Assembly (NCBI RefSeq): GCF_009914755.1
Contig: NC_060937.1
Direction: 5' to 3' (one strand)
Source of the DNA: the human T2T-CHM13v2.0 reference genome, Homo sapiens
DNA length: 64,000 nucleotides
In this document: positions 31,808 through 47,237 of the stretch, in pieces
How positions within the stretch are numbered: position 1 is the stretch's first letter
Layout: each line of letters begins with the position of its first letter
Position numbers and translations under genes: made by a program
The notes under the pieces: generated by a model
The model's input: the letters and a program-made list of their open reading frames with translations, nothing else
What the model was told of the DNA's origin: nothing
The model's database searches: none

Positions 31808-34340
31808 AAAGAGATCAATGCAGCAAGAAGAGCTAACTGTCCTAAATATATATGCATCCAATACAGGAGCACACAGATTCATAAAGCATGTTCTTAAGAG
31901 ACCTACAAAGAGACTTAGACTCCCACACAATAATAGTGGGAGACTTTAACACCCCACTGTCAATATTAGACAGATCAACGAGACAGAAATTTAACAACGA
32001 CATTCAGGACTTGAACTCAGTTCTGGACCAAGCGGACCTAATAGACATCTATAGAACTCACCACCCCAAGTCCACAGAATATACATTCTTTTCAGCACCT
32101 CATTACAGTTATTCTAAAATGGGCCAAATAATTGGAAGTAAAACACTCCTCAGCAAATGCAAAACAATGGAAATCATAACAAACAGTCTCTCAGATCACA
32201 CTGCAATCAGATTAGAACTCAGGATTAAGAAACTCACTCAAAACCGCACAACTACATGGAAACTGAACAACCTGCTCTGGAATGACTACTGGGTAAATAA
32301 CGAAATGAAGGCAGAAATAAAGATGTTCTTTGAAACCAATAAGAACAAAGACACAACATACCAGAATCTCTGGGACACATTTAAAGCAGTGTGTAGAGGG
32401 AAATTTATAGCACTAAATGCCCACAAGAGAAAGCAGGAAAGATATAAAATTGACACCCTAATATCAAAATTAAAAGACTAGAGAAGCAACAGCAAACAAA
32501 TTCAAAATCTACCAGAAGACAAGAAATAACTAAGACCATAGCAGAACTGAAAGAGATAGAGACACGAAAAACGCTTCAAAAATCAATGAATCCAGGAGCT
32601 GGTTTTATGAAAAGATCAACAAAGTAGATAGACTGCTAGACAGACTCATAAAGAAGAAAAGAGAGAAGAGTCAAATAGATGCAATAAAAAATGATATAGG
32701 GGATATCACCACTGATCCTGCAGAAATACAAACTACCATCAAAGAATACTATAAACACCTCTATGCAAATGAACTAGAAAATCTAGAAGAAATGGATAAA
32801 TTCCTGGCAACATACAGCCTCCACAGTCTAAACCAGGAAGAAGTCGAATCCCTGAATAAACCAGTAACAAGTTCTGAAATTGAGGCAGTAACTAATAGCC
32901 TACCAACTAAAAAAAGTCCAGGACCAGATGGATTCACAGGCAAATTCTACCAGAGGTACAAAGAGAAACTGGTACCAATCCTTTTGAAACTATTCCAAAC
33001 AACGGAAAAAGAGGGAATCCTCCCTACTTCATTTTATGAGGCCAGCATCATCCTGATACCAAAACCTGGCAGAGACACAACAAAAAAAGGAAATTTCAGG
33101 CCATTATCCCTGATGAACATCGATGTGAAAATTCTCAATGAAACACTGGCAAACCGAATCCAGCAGCACATCAAAAAGCTTATCCACCACAATCAAGTCG
33201 GCTTCATCCCTGGGATGCAAGGCTGGTACAACATATGCAAATCAATAAACATAATCCATCACATAAACAGAACCAATGACAAAAACCACATGATTATTTC
33301 AATAGATGCAGAAAAGGCCTTTGACAAAATTCAACAACCCTTCATGCTAAAAACTCTCAGTAAACTAGGTATCAATGAAACGCATCTGAAAATAATAAGA
33401 GCTATTTATGACAGACCCACAGCCAATATCATAGTGAATGGGCAAAAACTGGAAGCATTCACTTTGAAAACTGGCACAAGACAAGGATGCCCTCTCTCAC
33501 CACTCCTATTCAACATAGTATTGGAAGTTCTGGCCACGGCAATCAGGCAAGAGAAAGAAATAAAGCATATTCCAATAGGAAGAGAGGAAGTCAAATTGTC
33601 TCTGTCTGCAGATGACATGATTGCATATTTAGAAAACCCCATCGTCTCAGCCCAAAATCTCCTTAAGCTGATAAGCAACTTCAGCAAACTCTCAGGGTAC
33701 AAAATCAATGTGCAAAAATCATAAGCATTCCTATACACCAATAATAGACAAACAGAGAGCCAAATCATGAGTGAACTCCCATTCACAATTGTTACTAAGA
33801 GAATAAAATACCTAGGAATACAACTTACAAGGGATGTGAACGAGCTCTTCAAGGAGAACTACAAACCACTGCTCAAGGAAATAAGAAAGGACACAAACAA
33901 ATGGAAAAACATTCTATGCTCATGGATAGGAAGAATCAATATCGTGAAAATGGCCATATTGCCCGAAGTAATTTATAGACTCAATGCTATCCCCATCAAG
34001 CTACCACTGACTTTCTTCACAGACTTGGAAAAAACTACCTTAAACTTCATATGGAACCAAAAAAGAGCCCACATAGACAAGACAATCCTGGGCAAGAAGT
34101 ACAAAGCTGGAGGCATCATGCTACCAGACTTCAAACTATACTACAAAGCTACAGCAAACAAAACAGCATGGTACTGGTACCAAAACAGATATATAGACCA
34201 ATGGAGCAGAACAGGGGCCTCAGAAATAACACCACACATCTACAACCATCTGATCTTTGACAAACCTGACACAAACAAGCAATGGGGAGAAGATTCCCTA
34301 TTTAATAAATGGTGTTGGGAAAACTGGCTAGCCATATACA
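31805..34340 (+). mobile_element. Inverted ORF2 (endonuclease-RT) segment of the same L1
   Basis: ORF fragments 31888-32481 ([13 protein letters not shown]), 32792-33724 (QGCPLSP, ADD) and 33767-34348, broken by frameshifts and stops. Confidence 0.92.
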
Positions 34341-34494
34341 ATTCTTAAACATTTTTTGTAAGCCTTCTTTTGCATTTTGATAAAGCTTTAAGGGCTCCTT
34401 TCAGGTCCAGGGGGAGATGGTAAACACTAACCACTGGCAGTTATCATGACACTAACCCTAGTGTAGGTTCTGGGGATGTTGTAGGGTGGTTTCA

Positions 34495-35430
<936 letters not shown>

Positions 35431-36176
35431 GTGTTTAATAAAAAAGTAGCATCCAGCACCAATGAGGAAATAATAATGATTCCCTGTGGACACAGGGCTA
35501 AACACTGTTTACACTGAAAAGATTACCTCCCTTCAGAGTTCCCCCAGGGCTTAGGTGACATTGGTTGTGAGCAGGAGTAGTGGATTTCAAAATAATACAC
35601 CTAAATTACTCTAAGAACAAATATTTCTTTTGACTTCACTTACAATTTTATACAAAAGCAGAAGTTACTGAAGGTTACTTCTCCTTCATATTTACTACGC
35701 CCTTCTTACCCCAACCCCCATGTCTGTGTGTAATTAAAGGAAGCTTGTTAAGTAAGCTACCCATTTAGTGCTTGGAACAAGAGAAAAGTGTGTGTTGGGA
35801 GTTGGGGGACTGCTTGTGTGAAATATTTCTCTCTTCTGGGTTTAAAACTTAGTCTTTGCTGCCAATCTGTTAACAGTTTGTAAATCGAGTAGAAGGAAAA
35901 ATATAAATTAGCTTTCTAATAAACCTGAAATTACAAATGTGAAAAAAAGCAGGGAATAAATACCTGACCAAAAATGTATAAGTAAGTGGGTGTTGGGGGA
36001 TCACAATTTTTAATTATCTCTCAATTATTTTGATACGAAAGTTCTATTTCAAAGTTCTTCAAAATGACGCCTAATGTTCCTAAGTACTGTGTTCCAAATG
36101 TATGTAAATACAAGATGGAAACTGTGAAATATATGCCTTCAAAAAGAAAAAAAACCTGACATTTTATCTGTATATA

Positions 36177-36182
36177 TTTAAT
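36177..36182 (-). terminator. Candidate polyadenylation signal ATTAAA of the TPTE2-like unit
   Basis: ATTAAA lies about 165 nt past the stop and is followed by a T-rich tract on the minus strand. Confidence 0.45.
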
Positions 36183-36345
36183 AGATTTATAAAGAACATG
36201 TGTATACATATATCAATATAGATGTACCAGCAAGGAAGATTTAGAACATATAACTATGTGGCAGGGTTAGAAAGAACATAATTCTTTCCCAGAAGGGGTG
36301 CAGGGAACTATACTTAATCAGCTACCAGTTACAACATAACTTAAG

Positions 36346-36448
36346 TCATTTCTCATTAAAATATATCTCTACTGCATATTCTGGTTGATAAATTTTCCAT
36401 GTTTTTTGTTTATGAAGATTATCCAATTCATTTCTTTGTAGATAAAGC
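36346..36448 (-). pseudogene. TPTE2P2: TPTE2-like last coding exon [33 protein letters not shown]
   Basis: ttcttag|GCTT; TGA at 36348-36346. Confidence 0.92.
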
Positions 36449-36802
36449 CTAAGAATAGAAAAAAAAATTGTTACATTTTATTTTGGGGCTAACTGAAAAG
36501 CCATGTAGTAGGCACCCTTGTTAGAGCTTGAAGAAACAAACAAAAAAAAGACTTGCTCACCATGAATAGAACCTCAGCCCCTTTTTGTGTCTCAGTTGGC
36601 TCCTTCTACCTTTTCGGTGAGACTTAAAAATATCTTAATCTTCAGCAACACATCAGTAACACATGCTACTGATTCTTTTAACGTTGCTTTTTATGGAATT
36701 AATGACATCTAGGTTTAATACAGTATCTAAATTTCTATATGTGACAGAAATCAGTCTGATTAGACATGTATCAAAACCCAATAATAAAATACTATATCTC
36801 TT

Positions 36803-36936
36803 TTAATTTATGCCTGAGGTTGCAATTTTTTGAATTTTTGCAATCAGCCCTTGGCGATGACCTTGAGCAGTAGGATATAAATAAATCCCACATGCTTAGC
36901 ATTCCAATAATGGAACACTAGGCATAAATTGGTTAA
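36803..36936. mobile_element. MER85 (PGBD3/piggyBac-derived MITE)
   Basis: TTTATGCCTGAGGTTGCAATTTTTTGAATTTTTGCAATCAG...TTCCAATAATGGAACACTAGGCATAAATTGG, flanked by TTAA at 36803-36806 and 36933-36936. Confidence 0.9.
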
Positions 36937-37679
36937 CCCATTTATGCCTAGTGTTCTAAAAGACAGAAGTTGGCATTTTTGGCTAAACAACAATTTCACA
37001 ACTAAGAAAAACAGCTTTACCAATAGTATATAAATTTAAATATTACAGAAATCTTTAGAAATTTATATAAAAGTGAAAATAAAGGTGATCTAACTTATTG
37101 CTTCCCCAAAATGAACATGGTGTTTCAAAGGAAAAATCTGTATCCTTTACCAAGAATCAATTTGAGGAGCAGCAACAAATGAAGCTCCACCCAGCTCTCA
37201 CAATTGAGGGACTTTGCTCATGTTAGGAGTCAAAGCTTATTGTTTGTATGCATCCAAGAAACAAATTTTTAAAAAATTTCCATCCAATCCAAAGTTCACT
37301 CTATCAAAATCTATTAAATGTGTATGTATTGCAAGTGTGTAGACCAGAGGTTTAATTTACTGTTGCCTTGCTGGACTTAAGGAGTTATTAGATCCAGCTC
37401 AGATTTGAAGAAAAGACTAGAACTGGTTGTAACAATAACTACCAATTCATGCCACATGCAATCATAGCAACTGCCTCAACTGTGACCTGAAGCATTTTAA
37501 AAATATTTTCTCTTTTTGTATTGAAGAGTATGGTTAATACAAAAAAATCTCAGTTTTTCACCAGCACAGAACAAATGCTACTTAAAGTGGAGAACTTCTA
37601 GACTGAGAAATAAGTTTCCAAATATGGCAGAAGGTTTTCTGGGAACAATAATCTCCAAATCCAAGTAATAGTTGTTCTG

Positions 37680-37977
37680 TTTTTTTGCTTTTTTCTTTAG
37701 ACAGAGTCTCACTCTGTCGCCCAGGCTGGAGTGTAGTGGTGCGATCTCGGCTCACTGCAATCTGCCTCCTGGGTTCAAGCGATTCTACTGGCTCAGCCTC
37801 CTGAGTAGCTGGGATTACAGGCATGTGCCACCACGCCTGGCTGATTTTTGTATTTTTAGTAGAGACGGAGTTTTACCATGTTGGCCAGGCTAGTCTCGAA
37901 CTTCCAACCTTAGGTGATCCGCCCGCCTCAGCCTCCCAAAGTGCTAGGATTACAGGCATGAGCCACCACACCCAGCC
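37680..37977 (-). mobile_element. AluS
   Basis: TSD-like tccaa.taatagtt. Confidence 0.9.
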
Positions 37978-38553
37978 TCCAATTAATAGTTTTTAAGAAA
38001 GTTTTCCCAATTCAGTTATTAGAAACCCATGTTTAAATGGGAGACTACCAATTTTAATGATTTTTTAGCTGTATTTCTTAATACTTACTGTGTCTTGTAA
38101 CTTCTCCTAGATATAAGTGTGTCAGTCAGCTTTTCAGCTAGCTGAAGCTTCCCTAGGTCCTCCCTTACTTTAGCACAAAATTTGGTGGTGGTTCGTCATT
38201 GGTAAATCAGCACCTACTGAGGACCTGACATGTTGAAGGTACTGAGCAGATTCATATTGAACTTCTCTGGGAGGAATTTACTTCCACACTTAAGATCTGA
38301 TTATAATACTTTTGAGCTCATAACACAGTCCTATGGCATGGACCTTGAGGATACTGCAACTGGGGGTCTCAAGAACAACTGTATTTTTAAAATAGCCAAC
38401 GTAAAAGGAGTAAGGCAATGAACAATGGTGGCTCAAGGATTTTTTGTTTTCTATAAATTAAGCTTATGACAACCAGCAAAAGACTTGCCATTACATCTTA
38501 TACATAGACATTGAAGATTAGGTTGTTTCTATGGGTTGATATTATATCCATAC

Positions 38554-38624
38554 CCGTTATTTTGTATTAAAGATGTGTTAAACCAGAAGAAAAAAGGGTA
38601 GTTGTGATAGTATTTAGGAAAATC
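38554..38624 (-). pseudogene. TPTE2P2: TPTE2-like exon DFPKYYHNYPFFFWFNTSLIQNN(G)
   Basis: ctttttag|GAT ... CGG|GTATGG; 71 nt, open. Confidence 0.9.
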
Positions 38625-39026
38625 CTAAAAAGAAAAAAAAATATTTTAAAAGTAAAATTGATGCCAAGAACTAATCATTCCAAAGAAATCAAAGTTCCTT
38701 CCTTTATTCCTTTATATATTTATCAAATAATTATAACCATTCAATAGGTAGCACTCTGCATTCTATAATAACACACTCAAGACACAGAGGAGGAGGCTTA
38801 AGAAAATGCTATTGCTTTCTCTTGCTGTTTCTACCAAAATTTTCAAGGAATAGTTTATTTTCCATGATAGATATTTAATTTAAATGCTGAAATTTGAATC
38901 TGGTTTAGATAGTGCTAAACAGAATCTACTAAGGACCTATGCTTATATATAGCCAAGTATTTTTGTAGTGAATTCTTACAATTTTTTTGTGCCTCAGCAT
39001 CCCTTTCAAATATAAATTGGACTTTC

Positions 39027-39558
39027 TGATATCAGAAGCAGGGTTCAGTCACCCTTGACAGTTTCCAGTTCACCTCCTCCAGGTTTCTCAATGTGACTGA
39101 TCCCAGTATCTGCCTTATACAACCTTCTGTTGGTGACTACTTCATTATGGGACAGCTAGATATAACCTCCCTACAGACCCCCGTACTCTGCATGGACCAT
39201 GTGGATATATCAATGACCACCTCTCAGTCACAGCATGACTCCATGGAACTCATGACTGCTTGCATTAAATCCACCAGTTAGACCTCCCCGTAGGAAACCT
39301 GCTCAGGTAACACCTTACATCCCAATAAAGGCTTCCACTCTCAGGTCCCTCCCTCGTTCTCGCTATTGCTCCCCACCCATCAGTTGAGCACAGGTCTCCT
39401 GGATGGCTCCCCCTTCCAGTTAGCCCTGCGAGGTGTGCTGCCCTCTTCTCTCTGGAATTAATAAAAAACTGCTTTGGTTATTTCATGTGTTGTATTGTGC
39501 TGCCTTCTCTGTGTTTCACCCAACTGAGTCACCCAAACCTAACTCTCTTTCAAGTCAG
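39027..39558 (+). mobile_element. ERVL-type solo LTR (MER54/73/74-like)
   Basis: Starts tgatatcagaag and has internal AATAAA signals and LTR-like composition. The family is by eye. Confidence 0.5.
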
Positions 39559-40056
39559 TGCTCCCAGCTACTCAGGAGGCTGAGGTGGGAGGACTGCATG
39601 AGCCCAGGAGGTGAAGCTGCAGTTAGCTATGGTCACGCCACTGCACTCCAGCTGGGGTGACAGAGTGAGACCCTGTCTCAATTTGTAATATTAAAAATGA
39701 TGCAAAACAAAATGTAATCACTGCTATGCAGTAAAACCTACCTTTGGTTTTTTAGCATCTTGGCTTTTATTTTTTTGTATTTATTTTGTATTTTTTGGAT
39801 TTGTGAATTAATACATGTAAATTTAGAAAAATTTAGAAAATGTACAATTTAGAAAAAACAAATGAACAAAAATTATTCAAATTACATATGTTCTTTTAAA
39901 AAATTTGTTATAGATCTGATTTATTTTCTCCCCCTCCCTCTATGGGATGACATCTATCATCTCCCTTGTTGGGAACTGTAGTAAAGGAAACCTTAAATAA
40001 AACCATTCAAAAGTTCAGACAAGAACAATGGCAGAGGCCGTTTCTTGATTACTCAC

Positions 40057-40149
40057 TGAAGAGGAAGCTTGCACTTTCACATCATCATACAGAGGTGGAC
40101 AGTTGAACACATCAGTTATTACCCTGTCTGTTTCAGTGTCATGAAATAC
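40057..40149 (-). pseudogene. TPTE2P2: TPTE2-like exon VFHDTETDRVITDVFNCPPLYDDVKVQASSS
   Basis: ttcacag|GTA ... TCA|GTGAGT; 93 nt, open. Confidence 0.9.
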
Positions 40150-40293
40150 CTGTGAATGAACATGGAATTTAGAACTATAAACCTAGCTAATGATAACAAT
40201 GAAGTTCCTTTTCACTTATCAAGACTTTCTATATTTATCAAGTACTTTTGGTCTCACAGACCAATCACTACATGTATAAATAATTATTAATAA

Positions 40294-40716
<423 letters not shown>

Positions 40717-41300
40717 TAAAGGCCAACATGTTTGAGGGTTATCATGAGGCACTTTTCAAAAGTGTCTCCCTTTTCAAAAGTATTGAATTTTCTATTAGAC
40801 ACTTTAATCAGTTAAATATTATTATTTAATGTGTGTCATTTGATTTTCATACATTAGGGCCTCTTTTGAGAATATGTTAAGAAGCTCAATTTTAAAGCTA
40901 GCCTTGACATTCGAAAAACAATGCTTAACTCACGGTTTTTCATTTACTAAATTTAAAAAATAACAACAGGGGTCTGTAACACTTGGGGGGTGGGCCCACC
41001 TGCCCCTCCCAAGAGAGGGGAGGGTGGGGTCCCCCGATCATCATGTTTTATCAGAACTCTTGTGTTTGTCAGTGGGATCTTTGGACTTGACCATTACCGG
41101 CTGCGGATGGAGTGACCAAAGATAGTTCAAGTTTTGGAATGAATGACTTTGAAGATATACTATTTCTTTGACTCACTCTCATATAAATAATGGCACCCAC
41201 AGTAAGAAGGATCTATGCTAGGCCCTGTGAAAAACACAAAAGGAGGTGCAGACTCAGTTGGTCCCTTCAGGGAGCTATACACATAAGAAACAATCGCAGA

Positions 41301-41648
<348 letters not shown>

Positions 41649-41839
41649 TCAATCTGTATGATGAAGACTGGGTGTGCTCTTATGCACCATTGAAGGCTAG
41701 TTAACAGGAGGTGCAGAAAATTTCATTGAGGAGGTAGAAATTGAATTGGGCATGAAAGCTCTGAAAATAGAATCTAGTCCATACAGAGGGAAAAAGACCA
41801 GCAATAACGCAAAGTAGAAATTAGAAAAACAACAAAAAA

Positions 41840-42115
41840 GGTCAGGCAGTGTGGCTCATGTCTATAATCCCAGCACTTTGTGAGGCTGAGGTGGAAGGGT
41901 TGCTTGAGCTCAGGAGTTTGAGACCAGCCTGGGCAACATAGCAAGACCCAATATCTACAAAAAATAAAAAAAAAAATTGGGGGACTGCCTGAGCTCAGGA
42001 AGTTGAGGCTGCAGTGAGCCATGATCGCGCCGCTGTGCTACAGCCTGGGACAGAATGGGACTCTGACTCAAGGGAAAAAAAAGGAAAGGAAAGAAGGAAG
42101 AAAAGAAAGAAAGAA
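41840..42115 (+). mobile_element. AluJ with internal deletion and GAAA-rich tail
   Basis: Alu consensus match. Confidence 0.82.
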
Positions 42116-43822
42116 CCAACTAACTAACTAAATAACTTAGAGTTGTGTTCCAAGAGCCAAAGGGGATGACCCAGTTTATTTGGAATGGAGTCTGCTGGTC
42201 GAGCTACTGATAAAAATAAGCTCAGGTATGTTAGGGCTATTATATCTTAAGAGTTCAAGAGCCAAGGAAATAAGAGTGAGGCTTTTGAAGAATATTGTGG
42301 GGTATTTCCTATGTGAAAAAGAGGCCTGATAATTATCACATATAACATTTATTTAGTGATTTATAGTTTACAAAGCAACTTCATATATATATTATCTAAC
42401 TTAATTCCCATAACACTTGAGGTGTGATATTTATTTTACAGGTAAGGATGATAAGCCAAAGATGTTAACTGGCTTCGACCATGGGCATGCAGTGTGTCTT
42501 CTGCTCTACCTACAACTTTTCACAATGAGAGCAATATTTCAGTACGCATATTTCAGGATTCTATACATTCCATTATATAAGAATCAAGAAAAGGTAAGGA
42601 GAGGATTGTAGAAATCTAGGCATGAGCAAATGAGGTTCTGGAGAGTTAGTGGCAGCGAGAACAGAAAGGAAGGCGAGCACAGAAACATTTCAAAGGCATC
42701 ATCAACAGGGATTGATGCCTAACTGGATTTAGGGAGCCGAGGCAAAGAGAATCAAAGCCCAAGGCCTGAGTGGGAGAATGCTGGTACCATTTGCAGAAGC
42801 AGAGAAAGCTCCTTGATAATTCAGACTGGCTACTGCGTTTCAGTTTGAGTGGAAACTGTTCATGTTGCAGCTCTTGCATCTACAACTCAGTGGGCGACTA
42901 GAAATAACTCGTCAGTAAATGAACAAATAATAGTTTAAGTAAGGGAAATGGGTGATTCTTTAACCAAGAATAAAGCATTTGCTAAGAAGAGAAAGCCAAG
43001 GATCAGGCCTGGGTGAATGCCCTCAGTTGGGAGAGGCCAAAAAAAGTGAGTGCAGTGCAGAGAGCCAGGGAATAGGATTAGTAATAAAAGAATTTGAGAC
43101 AAAGGCCTGGGTAGGAATTCTAAAAGTTTATGGTTATTAGACCCATGAAGGAAGCTTTCTTATTGTTTCAGAAAAGGTATATAGTTTTAGGCATTTCTTC
43201 ATTGTAGCAAAACATTGACTATCAGGTCCCTTTTGCTTTGGATAAAGATATTCCTCCCCAATTCATTCACTCTTGCATTGTTTCTCACAGGGTCATCCCA
43301 CAGAACCTCTGACTTAGAAGAATCACTTCGGACACTGCTAAGTCTATAGATTCCTGCCCCCATTCCAGATTTCCTGAATCATACTTTAGAGTACAACCTA
43401 GGAATGTAAATCTTTACAAGCTTTTCGGTGGTTTTCATGCACACTAACATTTTAGAATCAGTGCTATATAATAAAAGATAAAATGACCGAGAAGAGGAGA
43501 ATATGGCTAAAAATGACCAGACATGTAAATTAAAATCCTTAATACATTCCTGGGAACATGCTCAGCATTTGTGGAAAAGTGAAAGGCAAAGCAACACTGA
43601 ACAGAAATAAATTCTGGAAAGTACCCTGAAAAAACTGTTTTGAACAAACAGGTTAATTTATCTCTGGCTTGCATTCAAATCCAGTGACACCATGATGGTA
43701 ACCAGAAAGCATCGTGGAATCTCTTTATGGTAAGTGATAGTTTAGGGAGGTCAACATTGCTGGTTTGACATTCAGCCTTAAAACAAACATCAGATTTTCT
43801 CTATTCACATGTTTTCTCTTAC

Positions 43823-43914
43823 CCGACAATTCTTTAAGGAAGTACAGGAAAAGACAATCTTTTTCTTCATTACTATTTGGACTTTTAGATCATATCCATC
43901 GCCTGTTCCAACAC
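43823..43914 (-). pseudogene. TPTE2P2: TPTE2-like exon (G)VGTGDGYDLKVQIVMKKKIVFSCTSLKNCR
   Basis: catttag|GTGTT ... CGG|GTAAGA; 92 nt, or 80 nt from a second AG 12 nt inside; open. Confidence 0.9.
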
Positions 43915-44002
43915 CTAAATGAAATTAAAAAGTTAGGTTGGTTAGTGTGAAGATCAAAATGTCTTGCCAATTAACATTATGGATTAAAAAGAGAAAAAAA
44001 AT

Positions 44003-44446
<444 letters not shown>

Positions 44447-46143
44447 GTGACTTGACACCTTTCTTGCTAATGTGTTGCTTTCTTCAGACTTCTAATCATA
44501 ATGATTCTTAATAAGAAATACTGTGGTCTAAATTACTTTGGCCCTACTTTAAGTCTAGTTCCTGATGCAATCTCTAAAAAAATATAGGTTATATCCAAAA
44601 ATTCCCACGGTATTCAACATATATTTACAGACAAAGGCTCTTTTGCCCTTTTTTTTTTTCAATTCAAATGACCCGCTTCCTTAACATTTCCTCAAAGGCT
44701 TTGTTTCTCAGGCTCCAATTAATTTTTTATTGCTTTCATCTCAACTCTACATTATTTTTAATTTAAAATGGCACAAAACTAAAAGTTGAGAATTAAAACA
44801 AATATTCTAATAAACGAGTGTATTAATTATTCTTGATTGATCATCTCATATGCCGTTTGTTTTCTTTTCATTTAATTTTGTTTTCATTAACACCATGATA
44901 TTCATTGGTCATTAGAAATCAGTTTCTTGCCTCAGTTCCCTCTTTCCCATTCCAGGTGCAGAACTTCTTTCTATTGATGTCCACCAGAAATCAGTGAAAT
45001 GTAGAATGAAACTCAGGAGGCTAAAAATACTAGGCTCTCTGTGTGGACACAAGCACCCCGGCACCATGGCACCTATAACACCCAGCAGTGGCACCACCTC
45101 AGGTCCACACGCTGGCTGTTATAAGAGGTTTGCTTTAGGGGTTCAGATGCATCGCCTCCCTGCTACCTCTCTGGCAGTGGGAGTGGTGAGACCCCATCCC
45201 CTCCACACAGACACATCCTGCTTTCCCACCTCTACTGAGTGTTAAGCTGTGCAGGGGAAGCAAGGTTGGTGATGGAGAAATGGACATGGAAATGGAGGCC
45301 AGTTTCTCTCTGCACTTTCTTTCTCAAGTCCCGGAGGTGTACGACTGACCAATTTCCCTGCGTCCCTGGGCAACAGTGCATCCCAGCTTTATCTCTCTGC
45401 TTACATTCTGGAAGCAGGCAAATAGCTCTCGTGATGTTTATATGGATTTTTACAACTGCTAATACTCGGTAACAGCTAGGCCGGTGAAAGATACCTCCAT
45501 AGAGCCCCACTCTCTCGCAACCCTTTCCATTTTCATGTAGATTCAGGCAGGGAAGACCTAAGCGCTCCTCCTAGGAGGCTTTTCTTGACCCCCAGCACTG
45601 TGGCTGGGAGTGAGAGCCACAAGGTATGGGAGTGGCTGGGAGTGAGAGGGTTACAGATGGAGGACAGAGGGGAAAGAGAGAGCCCAGGGGGATGAGAAAA
45701 AAATATGCCTCTGAAAGAAGGTAAGAAAATGATATGATATGGAGACACCTCCACCAAGACAAACTCTCAACTAGAGGTGGTTTGAGAAATAACCAGTCTT
45801 GAAGGCACATGGGACCTCCTCCTCCCTCATCAGAGGCTCACTCTGCCCTGAAAAGTCCACCTTGGGTTGTGACCAGAAGAGCAAAGAGAACAGGAGAGAT
45901 GGGAAGGGGATGAAGTCCTCCAAATTGGTGATGGAAAAGAAAAAGTGAAGAACATCTAAGGGCTGGCAATCAATGGGCAATTCCAGGAGGAGGAGCATAC
46001 CTAAGGAGGAGTTTATGCATGAGGATACGTAAAAAGACAGGTATAAGTTAGGATCATCTGTGTATATAACAATGAGCAAAACCCTCCCAGAGTGGGAACC
46101 TTGGCCCTCCTGCCCAATTCTTCAATTTTACATAAACACTTAC

Positions 46144-46249
46144 CATGAATCGAATAAATAACGAATCTTTTTATAAACAGTGTTTTTCTTGGAGGGAGAT
46201 TCCAGTTGTAGCTATGTTTCACTTGTGCAAAATATCCAACATATCTATT
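46144..46249 (-). pseudogene. TPTE2P2: TPTE2-like exon [35 protein letters not shown](G)
   Basis: ttttcag|AAT ... CATG|GTAAGT; 106 nt, open. Overlaps supplied ORF 46013-46222. Confidence 0.92.
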
Positions 46250-46816
46250 CTGAAAAGCAACAGAAGCCTTACTTTAAGTGGAGATGAAAAGCCTGAAGTC
46301 AGCATTCCTATTTTCAGTTTTCCCTTTTTTTTTTTTTTTTTTTGCATAAAGCTTAAGGGCAGTAAATAATTAAGGGAACATTTACTGGATGTCATTATGT
46401 TACTAGATATTTTGAGGGATGCTGCCTCACAACTATCTACCTTGGGGAAAAAATACTGAATTAAGTGCTATGGGGAAGTGACAAGGATGGAGCCAGGTCT
46501 TGTTGACAGGCTGCTTATGGTTGAGAGGGCAACTAATCAGAACCAACAACAAAACAGTTACAGCATTAGCAGTGTGCAGATAGAAGCTTAGTTGTGACTG
46601 AGTTAGAGGAAGGTGTGTGGTTTAGTGAAGAGCAGGTTCCTGGGCATGAGAGAATGCCATATGTGAAAACTCAAGAGGAATACCTCCATATCTCAGTAGC
46701 AGGTTTCCTGTCATTCTTCTCTTGTTCCTGACAGCTAGGATTTCTTCACTTTCCATTTCCCCAATTCTGTTTTCACAAGGAAGCCCCGGAATTCCCTTAG
46801 CCTTGTCCTTTTCCTA

Positions 46817-47237
<421 letters not shown>

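Noticed and set aside
31888-34348. Endonuclease and reverse-transcriptase ORFs as an active or novel RT system
   Set aside because: This is ordinary L1 ORF2: fragmented, inverted, and without promoter or ORF1.
36803-36956. Structured ncRNA or miRNA gene
   Set aside because: The hairpins are explained by MER85 terminal and internal inverted repeats, and there is no independent evidence of an RNA gene.
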